Below are positions 8,899 to 15,661 of a stretch of DNA of 32,000 nucleotides, piece after piece; position 1 is the stretch's first letter; every line of letters starts with the position of its first letter. The stretch comes from Halogeometricum borinquense DSM 11551. Its GTDB lineage: Archaea; Halobacteriota; Halobacteria; Halobacteriales; Haloferacaceae. The translations under genes and the position numbers were made by a program. The stretch covers positions 630,001 through 662,000 of the forward strand of contig NC_014729.1 in assembly GCF_000172995.2 (NCBI RefSeq), read 5' to 3'. Below the pieces are notes generated by a model. The model searched no databases, was not told the DNA's origin, and was given only the letters and a program-made list of their open reading frames with translations.

Positions 8899-9111
8899 CT
8901 ATATAGTCAAGATGCTACACAACTCCCTGAAATTGGATTTCTTGGGTTTATTTGGTCTGAAACGGGACCAGAATGGTCGGCCTCGGCACTCGAACCAGTA
9001 ACTATCACCGACTACCGTCCCCCGTGGGGGTGGAAGCGGATGACCGCTACACCCAGACAGGAGTGAAATCACACCGAGCGGGAGGGCTTTAATCAGAGAC
9101 CGCCTATCCAT
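8899..9111 (-). CDS. short lipoprotein-like ORF (possibly a truncated gene)
   Basis: From Met22 of ORF 8899..9174: MDRRSLIKALPLGVISLLSGCSG..., an RR signal with a lipobox (LSGC). Only about 45 residues follow, and their composition is unconvincing (basic, Pro/Arg-rich). Confidence 0.3.
   Translation of the reverse strand: MDRRSLIKALPLGVISLLSGCSGHPLPPPRGTVVGDSYWFECRGRPFWSRFRPNKPKKSNFRELCSILTI
8979..8991 (+). repeat. GGCCTCGGCACTC, left copy of a 13-bp direct repeat (candidate attL core)
   Basis: Exact copy of 24272..24284. See findings for the chance expectation. Confidence 0.3.
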
Positions 9112-9190
9112 ACGAAAAAATGTGAAATGAGTGTCATAACGTTGTTGGTAGCCTGCATCGCATCGCAGACACACTCTTGTGGGGGTCGTC

Positions 9191-9226
9191 AGCTTCTGAC
9201 GGAGATGAATCTGACGTCAGAAAGCT
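9191..9226. repeat. imperfect inverted repeat (agcttctgacg / cgtcagaaagct, 13-nt loop) downstream of the lipoprotein operon
   Basis: Read directly: 11-bp arms with a one-base bulge. It contains the perfect palindrome ctgacgtcag. Located 74 nt beyond the stop of 9300..9719 on the minus strand. No T-run follows. Confidence 0.3.
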
Positions 9227-9299
9227 TCTCGTCCGGCAGGCACCCAACGTGCTTGAGTGAGGGGATACGGAACCGGTGAATCCATGCCTAAGACCTCAA

Positions 9300-9719
9300 T
9301 CAAGCGGCAGTTTCCGTGAACTCGATACGGTCCTCATAGACGGTTATATCCAGACCCACAGCACCATCCGGTTGGCCTTGGTTGCCCGGTACATCCCACA
9401 CATACTCGTCAGAATTGTCATCTTTCAGCTCCACAGATATGAGATGTTCCCCAGGCTCCTCAATGACCCCTTCAATAGTAGTGACCCGGTTGGCAAGCTC
9501 TTCGTCATAATCGACAGAAACCGACTCGGAATAGACCTCTGCATCTGATGCGACGTTCGTAATGGTTAGTTGGACTGTGATTGGGCTCGTCGTTTGATTC
9601 ACCAGTAAAACCGTCGGAGTTCTGGAATTATTAGATAGACATCCAGCAAGAACAGGGATGGAAAGAGCACCAATCACATGAATCACACGCCGCCTCCGAA
9701 TTTTATCACGTCTTCCCAT
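9300..9719 (-). CDS. lipoprotein, hypothetical
   Basis: MGRRDKIRRRRVIHVIGALSIPVLAGC: arginine-rich n-region, hydrophobic core and a lipobox (LAGC). The mature part is rich in beta-strand-type sequence. Last gene of a three-gene minus-strand cluster. Confidence 0.65.
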   Translation of the reverse strand: MGRRDKIRRRRVIHVIGALSIPVLAGCLSNNSRTPTVLLVNQTTSPITVQLTITNVASDAEVYSESVSVDYDEELANRVTTIEGVIEEPGEHLISVELKDDNSDEYVWDVPGNQGQPDGAVGLDITVYEDRIEFTETAA

Positions 9720-9755
9720 AGGTAAAAATGTGTGGGGAATTATATATACCTTTTG

Positions 9756-10376
9756 TCAAAACAGGTCTGAATGATTGTCCATATAGTCTCGAATAGGCGT
9801 GATGTCACAATCCGAGAATCGGTTTTTTCGAGTCCTGAAGGTATGGTCATTCCCGTTACAGGTCGTGGAACTGGGGTTACCCATTACAGTAAACTCTGCG
9901 ACGCCCCAGTTTTCGTGATCGGAGTGTCTTGCAGAGTACATGTGTCCCATCTCATGAGTGTCAGCCGCAGCTATGAGAGTCCCAGTTGTAGCAATGGCGA
10001 CTGGCTGAGGATTATTGCCAGCAGCGATTTCGTCACTGTCGCCATCAGTGGGTGGTATAGGTGCCATCCCTGTGACGTTGTCATTCCATTTTTCATCATG
10101 GATGACCAGTATGGAATCATATTTACTCGAGAAGGAATAGTTGTTGTGGACATACTCAGCAGCCTCTTGACGGGCCGTACCTGCATCGTCACTCGAAATT
10201 GAGACTGGTTTATCCCAATGAGTGTGAGTTCTCAATGAATAGTCTCCGCTGGAATCCTCAATGTCTGTCTCCCATGCGTTGGAAATGGCGTCGGCCCGGT
10301 TGTTCAACAGTGACGAACTCTCGTTCTGCTTGAACTGATGGGTTGGCAGGATCGCCGCGACAGTGGAAATACTCAT
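9756..10376 (-). CDS. metzincin-like zinc metalloprotease (HExxHxxxxxH), no signal peptide
   Basis: HEMGHMYSARH has the H-E-x-x-H-x5-H spacing of metzincins, with a candidate Met-turn FTVMG 12 residues later. The start ATG (10376-10374) overlaps the upstream stop (TAATG). Confidence 0.6.
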   Translation of the reverse strand: MSISTVAAILPTHQFKQNESSSLLNNRADAISNAWETDIEDSSGDYSLRTHTHWDKPVSISSDDAGTARQEAAEYVHNNYSFSSKYDSILVIHDEKWNDNVTGMAPIPPTDGDSDEIAAGNNPQPVAIATTGTLIAAADTHEMGHMYSARHSDHENWGVAEFTVMGNPSSTTCNGNDHTFRTRKNRFSDCDITPIRDYMDNHSDLF

Positions 10377-11128
10377 TATTCTACCCTCACGAGGTATGCA
10401 TTTCTGTTCTTGTGAATTTCAACAGACATTTTGTCGAATCTTGCACTTCCTTCAACTTGTGACGTAGATTTCTGGACCTTATTGATTAGCCGTGTCGATT
10501 CCTCAGTGATTGGTATGAGAATTCCTTCAGAACTGGAGTAGACCTTACAGTTCCCATGGTAGCTGATTTCGTAATTGACGGTTGCCTCCCCAGAAGGTAC
10601 CTTATGGGTGACTTCCAGTTGTTCAGTGGAGTGTGGCGTTAGTTCAACAGACCGGTTACCAATCGAGACAGTTTTCTTCCCACCACCTACAACTGAAATC
10701 GGGACTGGAGGTGACCGGCTAATTGACGCGCCGGAACCGGCCGCGCTGCCGTCAACGTACGTTCTCGATAGGCTGACCTCATCACTCTTTGTGGTCTTGA
10801 TTCCATCAGGCGTCGACACGATCGTCGATTGAGGTGAGAGATCAGCTGCCAGATTCGACTCAGTAGTGTACACATGAGCCTTATTTTTCGACTTAGGGAA
10901 TGTGATGTGATGCGAGGGCCAAGCGATACTTTGACTCACCACCTGCTCCTTCGCGGTCACACCCACACTTTCCACAGACACCTCAACGAGTGGTGCCTGA
11001 GACTTGCTAATCTTCGTCTCTGCGGCCTTCGCTTCTACGCTGCCTAGCAATCCTACCGCTGCTATACCTGAGGTGCCAGCGAGGACTTGCCTTCGGCTAA
11101 ATTTTGTCTTTCTATTTTCCATCCGCAT
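10376..11128 (-). CDS. Tat-secreted protein, hypothetical
   Basis: Twin-arginine motif FSRRQVLAGTSGIAAVGLLGSVEAKA, followed by a Ser/Thr/Val-rich beta-type sequence. The stop overlaps the start of the metalloprotease-like gene by 1 nt. Confidence 0.7.
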   Translation of the reverse strand: MRMENRKTKFSRRQVLAGTSGIAAVGLLGSVEAKAAETKISKSQAPLVEVSVESVGVTAKEQVVSQSIAWPSHHITFPKSKNKAHVYTTESNLAADLSPQSTIVSTPDGIKTTKSDEVSLSRTYVDGSAAGSGASISRSPPVPISVVGGGKKTVSIGNRSVELTPHSTEQLEVTHKVPSGEATVNYEISYHGNCKVYSSSEGILIPITEESTRLINKVQKSTSQVEGSARFDKMSVEIHKNRNAYLVRVE

Positions 11129-11147
11129 CTCAAAACATGGTGCCTGG

Positions 11148-11157
11148 TTTATATTTC
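11148..11157 (-). promoter_or_regulatory. TATA-like box (minus strand GAAATATAAA) for the 11128 operon
   Basis: TATAAA lies about 20-25 nt upstream of ATG 11128, and about 27 nt from the second in-frame ATG at 11122. This spacing fits a leaderless haloarchaeal transcript. Confidence 0.3.
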
Positions 11158-11342
11158 TTTTTGATTGTCATTATCTCGTTAGTGGCCCCGACTAGGACCC
11201 ACCATTCAACTGGTTGTCACGTTCGTTGGTCGTCATAGTATTGCGCAAATTGTATGAACTGCTCGTGGATACTCGCGTGGCTTCCTACCCATCGATCCTG
11301 GAAGTCATCAATGTCTTAATAGTTTGAAACCACATCCCGATG

Positions 11343-12143
11343 GGCACTGTCTAGTTAGTGACCTCCTCAACCGGCGTTCGTCCGTTGAGCGCTTGATGCA
11401 GTCTCTAAAAATCATAGTATTGCGCAAATTGTATGATCCACCCGTGGACGCTTCCGTGACTGCCCACCCACGAATTATGGAAGCGCTCAACTCGCATTTT
11501 AAGGATATGAAACCACTTTTCGATGAGGTTTCGCTCGACGTAGTCAAGCAGACCGCTCAATCCTAATCGAGAGAGGGCAGTCTGATGGCCGTAGCCATCA
11601 ACCAGAAACACAGTATCTGAGAGATCATGTTTCTCGGAAAGTCGATGGAGAAACGCAGCAGCTGGATCGGTACCATGTCGTCCAAACAATTCGACATCGA
11701 GAATCAGCTTCGTCTCGATGTCTATTGCAGCGTACAACCAAGACCATTCGCCATTGATTTTGACAGCGGTCTCGTCGACCGCAACCCGCTTCGGCTTCGC
11801 CTCAGGCGGGGTGTGACCGCTGTCAGCCAGTCGATGTACCCACTGCCAAAAAGCTTGATGAGAGCGTTCAACGCCGAGTATTCGAAGAATTTCTTTTGTC
11901 TCTCTAAGTGAACACCCGGTCGCGTGGAGCTGGACGGCGAACACCCTGACGGGCGTCCTCAGAACGCTTCGCGTTCTGATGGGCTGCACGAGAGCTCTGC
12001 TCTCGTGAACGTCGCCGTCCGCTCACGCTCCCAAGTTTCTTCTAAATCCGTCGCAAAGCATTCGCTGAGCAGGTCTGCGAGCATCTTCCCAAACTCACTC
12101 AACGACCTGCTCGTTCCTCAAACTGGCTTAACTAGACAGTGCC
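11343..12143 (-). mobile_element. IS6-family insertion sequence, 801 bp, with 15/16-bp terminal inverted repeats
   Basis: IRL ggcactgtctagttag (11343-11358). IRR ttaactagacagtgcc (12128-12143). Flanked by TCCCGATG (11335-11342) and TCTCGATG (12144-12151), an 8-bp target duplication with one mismatch. Encodes an IS6-type DDE transposase (DETAVKINGEWSWLYAAID). Confidence 0.85.
11351..12084 (-). pseudogene. IS6-family transposase, apparently disrupted (N-terminal frameshift + premature TAG)
   Basis: ATG 12084 opens MLADLLSECFATDLEETWERERT..., which is in a different frame from the main ORF (11405..11989, GTG start). In-frame TAG at 11405-11407 is followed by RLHQALNGRTPVEEVTN and the stop at 11351-11353 inside the IR, which is the usual IS6 C-terminus. 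Confidence 0.65.
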
Positions 12144-12650
12144 TCTCGATGAGATTTCGCTCAACGTAGTCAAGCTGATCGCTCTATTCTAATCGATAGA
12201 TATTAGTCTGGTAGTCGTAGCCATCAACAAGAAACACAGAGTCAGAGAACTCCTGTTCTTCCGAGAGTCGATGGAGAAATGCAGCAACCGAATCAGTATC
12301 ATGTCGTCCAAACAATTCGACGTCGAGAATCAGCTTTTTCAGTGTCTACTGTATTCGCTACCCAAGGCCACCCGACATGATTTTGACAGCGGTCTCGTTA
12401 GCAACAACCCGCTTTGGCTTCGCCTCAGGCAGTTGTGATCGCCGCCAGCGCCAATGTACCTAGCGCCAAACTGCCTGATGAGAGCGTTCAACTCCGAGGG
12501 GGCGGACAATTTGTATTGTTTCTCTAACTGAAATTCGGTCGCGTGAAACTGGACGGCAAACGTCCAAACGAATGTTGTTGCCCACCCCACACTCCAGATC
12601 TTCTAATAAACCCGCCGCAAAGCACTGCCTGAGAGATCTGCGAGCGCCAT
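12144..12650 (-). pseudogene. transposase remnant of the older IS6 copy
   Basis: Homologous to the inner copy, but with multiple stops and indels. The only open piece is 12339..12590, ...TFAVQFHATEF... versus VRVFAVQLHATGC. Its 3' part continues at 11199-11342 (...DRWVGSHASIHEQFIQFAQYYDDQRT). Confidence 0.65.
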
Positions 12651-12739
12651 GATCAATTTAATCAATGACCTACTCATTTCTCAAACTGGCTAACTAGACA
12701 GTGCCTGAAATTTCAAAATATTTGGGGCCTGACATCCCC

Positions 12740-13573
12740 CTATGTGGTGATCCGACAAATAATATCGCCAGAGATTGTACATTTGAGAACAAGTTCTCGT
12801 GAATAGGAACAACAGGATTCAACAATTTTTTCAGACACTTCAACTGCTTCACCAGATCTCGGGCATTGAGGAACGAATGGCCGCAGAGAGATTAGAAGCT
12901 GCCCCTTTTGGTCCTTAGGAATATCATTCCACATGGGGAGAAGCCTCTCAAGAACTGAAGCTCCAGTTAGATCTGCGAGCATCGCCGATTCAGAGATCCA
13001 GTGTGCTATGACTGTGTCTCCAGTGGTGACATACACGGTCCCCCCAGTGTTGGAAACCTGATATTCCCCTTCAACGATTGGATATAGCTTCCTTAGAAGT
13101 TCACTGGACAACTCGTTCGTATTCGAAAGGGTATCGCGCCACAATTGCTCTGCCTCCGCGGTCAAACACAGGTCAGCAGAATCACTACAAGGCTCAACGA
13201 CATCATGCTCCGTTAAAAGGTCTTCAAAACTCGCAGATGGAGAGCCCATAGTTCCACCACTTCTCGCAGTCGAGTCATCGGATACGATAGCTCCACTGTG
13301 GAAGCGCCTGAGAAATGATGTTGGGAGATATTTCTTCGTGAGTCCAGGGGTTTTGGGGACTAAATATCCTTTCTGCCAGACCCTGGCCGCACCGAGAACC
13401 GCAAACAAGATCGCAATCAACGGACCGACAAACCAAAGTACAGCCGAGATTGTGATCGTAATGGAAATATTGAGTAGAGTACAGGGAGTACAGCGGTTTT
13501 TCCCAGTATATTCGGGGTCTTTTATTGATTCGAGGTGTTCATTCAAGGTATAGAAACATATGGTAGGAAACAT
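12740..13573 (-). CDS. membrane protein, hypothetical (N-terminal CxxC + two TM helices, Cys-rich C-terminus)
   Basis: 277-aa ORF. NRCTPCTLLNISITITISAVLWFVGPLIAILFAVLGAA forms a hydrophobic hairpin. The soluble domain ends in CPRSG...CCSYS...C...C. No family recognised. Confidence 0.6.
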   Translation of the reverse strand: MFPTICFYTLNEHLESIKDPEYTGKNRCTPCTLLNISITITISAVLWFVGPLIAILFAVLGAARVWQKGYLVPKTPGLTKKYLPTSFLRRFHSGAIVSDDSTARSGGTMGSPSASFEDLLTEHDVVEPCSDSADLCLTAEAEQLWRDTLSNTNELSSELLRKLYPIVEGEYQVSNTGGTVYVTTGDTVIAHWISESAMLADLTGASVLERLLPMWNDIPKDQKGQLLISLRPFVPQCPRSGEAVEVSEKIVESCCSYSRELVLKCTISGDIICRITT

Positions 13574-13698
13574 AAAAAACTACTGTTCAAAGTGTGTTTT
13601 TCCATCCACAGTTTCACGTTTGACTTAGAATCGTGAGCAAGCCCTCAGCTACCGATGTTGACCACTAAGACAGCACGCATCCAGTAGAACAGTCGCTC

Positions 13699-13951
13699 GT
13701 GGTCGTAGAATTGGGGTAGAAATGGACCACTGTGACTCACTCCGCTCGTCACAAGCACCCACTCACCCCGTTCGCGGGAACGGCTCAGATTCGAACTTCC
13801 CTCGCTATCGCTCGGGCGTTCGAATCTTCACCGGGTGAAATCTCCACCACCTCTCGGACCACTCGCTGTCGCTCGTGGTCTGTGAGAGGTGGGGAGAATA
13901 TGGGCCGACTCAGTGTTGATATTGGGAAGAGACGCTCTTCCCACTAGTTTT
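13699..13951 (+). other. cluster of consecutive inverted repeats / stem-loops in a 610-bp gene-free stretch (possible structured RNA or protein-binding array)
   Basis: Read directly. 13699-13704/13725-13730 (6 bp). 13731-13736/13748-13753 (6 bp). cccgTTCGcggg at 13767-13778. 13787-13796/13818-13827 (perfect 10 bp, AGATTCGAAC/GTTCGAATCT). Palindrome TTCACCgGGTGAA at 13827-13839. Composite hairpin 13841-13897 with about 20 bp. GGGAAGAGacgCTCTTCCC at 13924-13942, followed by TTTT at 13948-13951. Confidence 0.5.
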
Positions 13952-13999
13952 CACGGATCCAGATGGAAACTAGCTCCTCGGCAAATCGCCAGATGGGAA

Positions 14000-14018
14000 G
14001 AGGATTTCAACAGAGCCG
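14000..14018 (+). repeat. GAGGATTTCAACAGAGCCG, copy 1 of an exact 19-bp direct repeat
   Basis: Identical to 14164..14182. Spacing is 164 bp. Confidence 0.8.
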
Positions 14019-14163
14019 AATTGGCATAAGAACTCATCCGTGGTTCCAACTGTTGAATGCCAGTTATATCTGCGGCAAAATCACTGCTGACGCCCCCATA
14101 CCGACTAACTCACAGCTGCTTAATAGGCGCTCTATATTCAGCACACAGTTTGTATCAACTACT

Positions 14164-14182
14164 GAGGATTTCAACAGAGCCG
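14164..14182 (+). repeat. GAGGATTTCAACAGAGCCG, copy 2 of an exact 19-bp direct repeat
   Basis: Identical to 14000..14018. It ends one base before the stop codon (14184-14186) of the minus-strand 79-aa ORF. Confidence 0.8.
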
Positions 14183-14183
14183 T

Positions 14184-14423
14184 TCACCACTGTTCGAACA
14201 ATTCGTCGATATCGTTCAACCGAGGACGACTCAGGATTCGTTCGTAGCCTTCGAGTGCCATTTCGTAGTGGACGTGAGGGAAGTAATCGAAGATCTCGTA
14301 CTGGGTCTTCCCGTCGTCCTGTGTGACGAATAATCGGTCTTCAGGACTAGTGTTGTTGTAGAGTGTTTCTGCCTCTATGTATGCGGCTTTGAGCTGTTGG
14401 TACTCCCTTTCGTGAATGGGCAT
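14184..14423 (-). CDS. small acidic hypothetical protein (79 aa)
   Basis: ORF with plausible acidic composition (MPIHEREYQQLKAAYIEAETLY...DELFEQW). Its first 49 nt overlap the end of the start-less ORF 14375..14785. Confidence 0.5.
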   Translation of the reverse strand: MPIHEREYQQLKAAYIEAETLYNNTSPEDRLFVTQDDGKTQYEIFDYFPHVHYEMALEGYERILSRPRLNDIDELFEQW

Positions 14424-14793
14424 ATCTGCGTCTGAAATCGGTGGTTCTCACCTCTCGTCCTCGTTTCGTCGGGTTTGTAGTTTTGACTCCTTTCAAGCTC
14501 GGGTTCGTAGAACGGGGTTAGCTCTTTGTCAAGTAGTTCTCCGCCGTCAGGATAGGGTTCATCCGTTTCAATATCGGTTCTGTACGCGATTGCCTTCTGA
14601 AGTTGTTCTTGGGAGAAGTAGCCCCATTCCCAACGGTCGTAGGTATTCGGAGATTTAACTCGGCCAAAGTACAGACCATCTTCTTTGATATCGTATGCCT
14701 CCCACCACCAATCCGGTAGTAAGAGAACTGCCCATGCCGCTAACGGCTCCTTATACTCATCTTCGTCTTCATATTCTGAAATAAATCATTCAT
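14375..14793 (-). pseudogene. 136-codon coding-like frame with no in-frame ATG/GTG/TTG; probable 5'-frameshifted gene
   Basis: The minus-strand frame is open from 14785 to TAG 14377-14375. It reads FISEYEDEDEYKEPLAAWAVLLLPDWWWEAYDIKEDGLYFGRVKSPNTYDRWEWGYFSQEQLQKAIAYRTDIETDEPYPDGGELLDKELTPFYEPELERSQNYKPDE... I checked every codon and found no canonical start. The nearest ATG (14793-14791, MNDLFQN...) is in another frame and stops after 17 codons. Confidence 0.4.
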
Positions 14794-14907
14794 ATCTTAC
14801 ATTATTCAGAAGCAGGCAATCGAGTAGTAGCAAACGAGACACCACATTTCAATTGATGTCAAACATCATATTGAAGTAGATTCGGTATTCTTATTCTTTT
14901 GGTTTGA

Positions 14908-15252
14908 ATGACTGAGGACCATCATCCCCTGAGAGGGGTAATCTTGTACTGGACCCTCGGCCAACAGCCTCAACAGAAGTTGAAGGACCGAATGTTTTCC
15001 GGCAACTACAGCCACTACTCAACTAAAGACGGTGAATTCACCGACACAAGTAGGTTGAAAACAGGAGAGTACCTGATTATCGAAATCAGCGAAGAACAGT
15101 TAGAGGCGTCCAATGAACCGGTAGAATCCGAATGCCCTGAACTCGAAACCCTCCCAGGAAGCGAGCTCGAACAGTTCTGTCTCTACCGAGAAGAAGACGG
15201 ATACTGTACAACACTCGGGGAAACCTGCGTCCTCTTAGAACCCGATGACTGA
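14908..15252 (+). CDS. hypothetical acidic protein (114 aa) with C-terminal Cys cluster
   Basis: ORF preceded by an AT-rich intergenic region. The stop overlaps the next gene by 8 nt (15245-15252), suggesting an operon. No family recognised. Confidence 0.55.
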   Translation: MTEDHHPLRGVILYWTLGQQPQQKLKDRMFSGNYSHYSTKDGEFTDTSRLKTGEYLIIEISEEQLEASNEPVESECPELETLPGSELEQFCLYREEDGYCTTLGETCVLLEPDD

Positions 15253-15658
15253 AGCACTCGAAAACCTCCGTGAGAAAGACCAGGTTGTACTCAACCAGAT
15301 AGACCAGGGTAACGACGACGTCCAGAAAATCACCGAAGCCACCACTCTAGAAAACTACCACGTCACCTACGCCTTCGAAAAACTCGAAGATCTCGGGCTT
15401 CTAAAGGTTTCAAAACCTGAAGGCACCGTCGAACGGATAATCAACGGTCAAAAACGAGTCTTCCAACATCCCAAACAAGCCGCTCTCACCGAGAAAGGAA
15501 GACAACACCTCGAACAATTAGAGACAGACGGCTTTGACGAGTATGAAAACCTAAGCCACCGAGAACTCGTGAAAAAAACCCACCAACTCGAAGCCGATAT
15601 CAGACAGCTAGAAAACTCGCTCAATACCTTCAGACAGCAAGTCGTGGAAAAACTATAG
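15245..15658 (+). CDS. winged-helix DNA-binding protein with C-terminal coiled coil
   Basis: DQVVLNQIDQGNDDVQKITEATTLENYHVTYAFEKLEDLGLLKV fits an HTH plus wing of the MarR/TrmB-like type. The C-terminus (HRELVKKTHQLEADIRQLENSLNTFRQQVVEKL) is heptad-like. Confidence 0.6.
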   Translation: MTEALENLREKDQVVLNQIDQGNDDVQKITEATTLENYHVTYAFEKLEDLGLLKVSKPEGTVERIINGQKRVFQHPKQAALTEKGRQHLEQLETDGFDEYENLSHRELVKKTHQLEADIRQLENSLNTFRQQVVEKL

Positions 15659-15661
15659 GGA

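Larger units (their letters stand above)
11184..12705 (-). mobile_element. older, decayed IS6-family copy (11184-11342 + 12144-12705) split by a second IS6 insertion
   Basis: Right IR ctaactagacagtgcc (12690-12705). Degenerate left IR ggccccgactagga (11184-11197). Internal sequence is homologous to the inner copy on both sides of it, for example tcatagtattgcgcaaattgtatga at 11233 and 11409. Confidence 0.7.

Noticed and set aside
8660-9001. 113-aa plus-strand ORF at the left edge of the island
   Set aside because: It has basic, Arg/Ser-rich composition unlike either host or island proteins, no recognisable motif, and it overlaps the lipobox ORF on the other strand.
11324-11911. Plus-strand ORFs 11324..11566 and 11627..11911 inside the IS6 element
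   Set aside because: They are antisense to the recognisable IS6 transposase frame and have no independent support.
13787-13828. tRNA T-arm-like strings GTTCGAATC on both strands, which could have marked a tRNA integration target inside the island
   Set aside because: They are the two arms of one perfect 10-bp inverted repeat. No acceptor, D or anticodon stems can be drawn around either, and the flanking bases do not pair as a 5-bp T-stem.
13955-14000. Origin-recognition-box-like strings (CCAGATGGAAAC at 13959-13970 and CCAGATGGGAAG at 13989-14000), resembling the haloarchaeal ORB core CCAGTGGAAAC
   Set aside because: Both carry an extra base relative to the core I remember. There is no adjacent orc1/cdc6 gene and no clear AT-rich unwinding element flanked by inverted ORBs. 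The similarity is too weak to call a replication origin.
14000-14182. Possible CRISPR array (exact 19-bp repeats)
   Set aside because: There are only two copies, the spacing is 164 bp, and the repeat is shorter than and unlike haloarchaeal type I-B repeats. There are no cas genes in the window.
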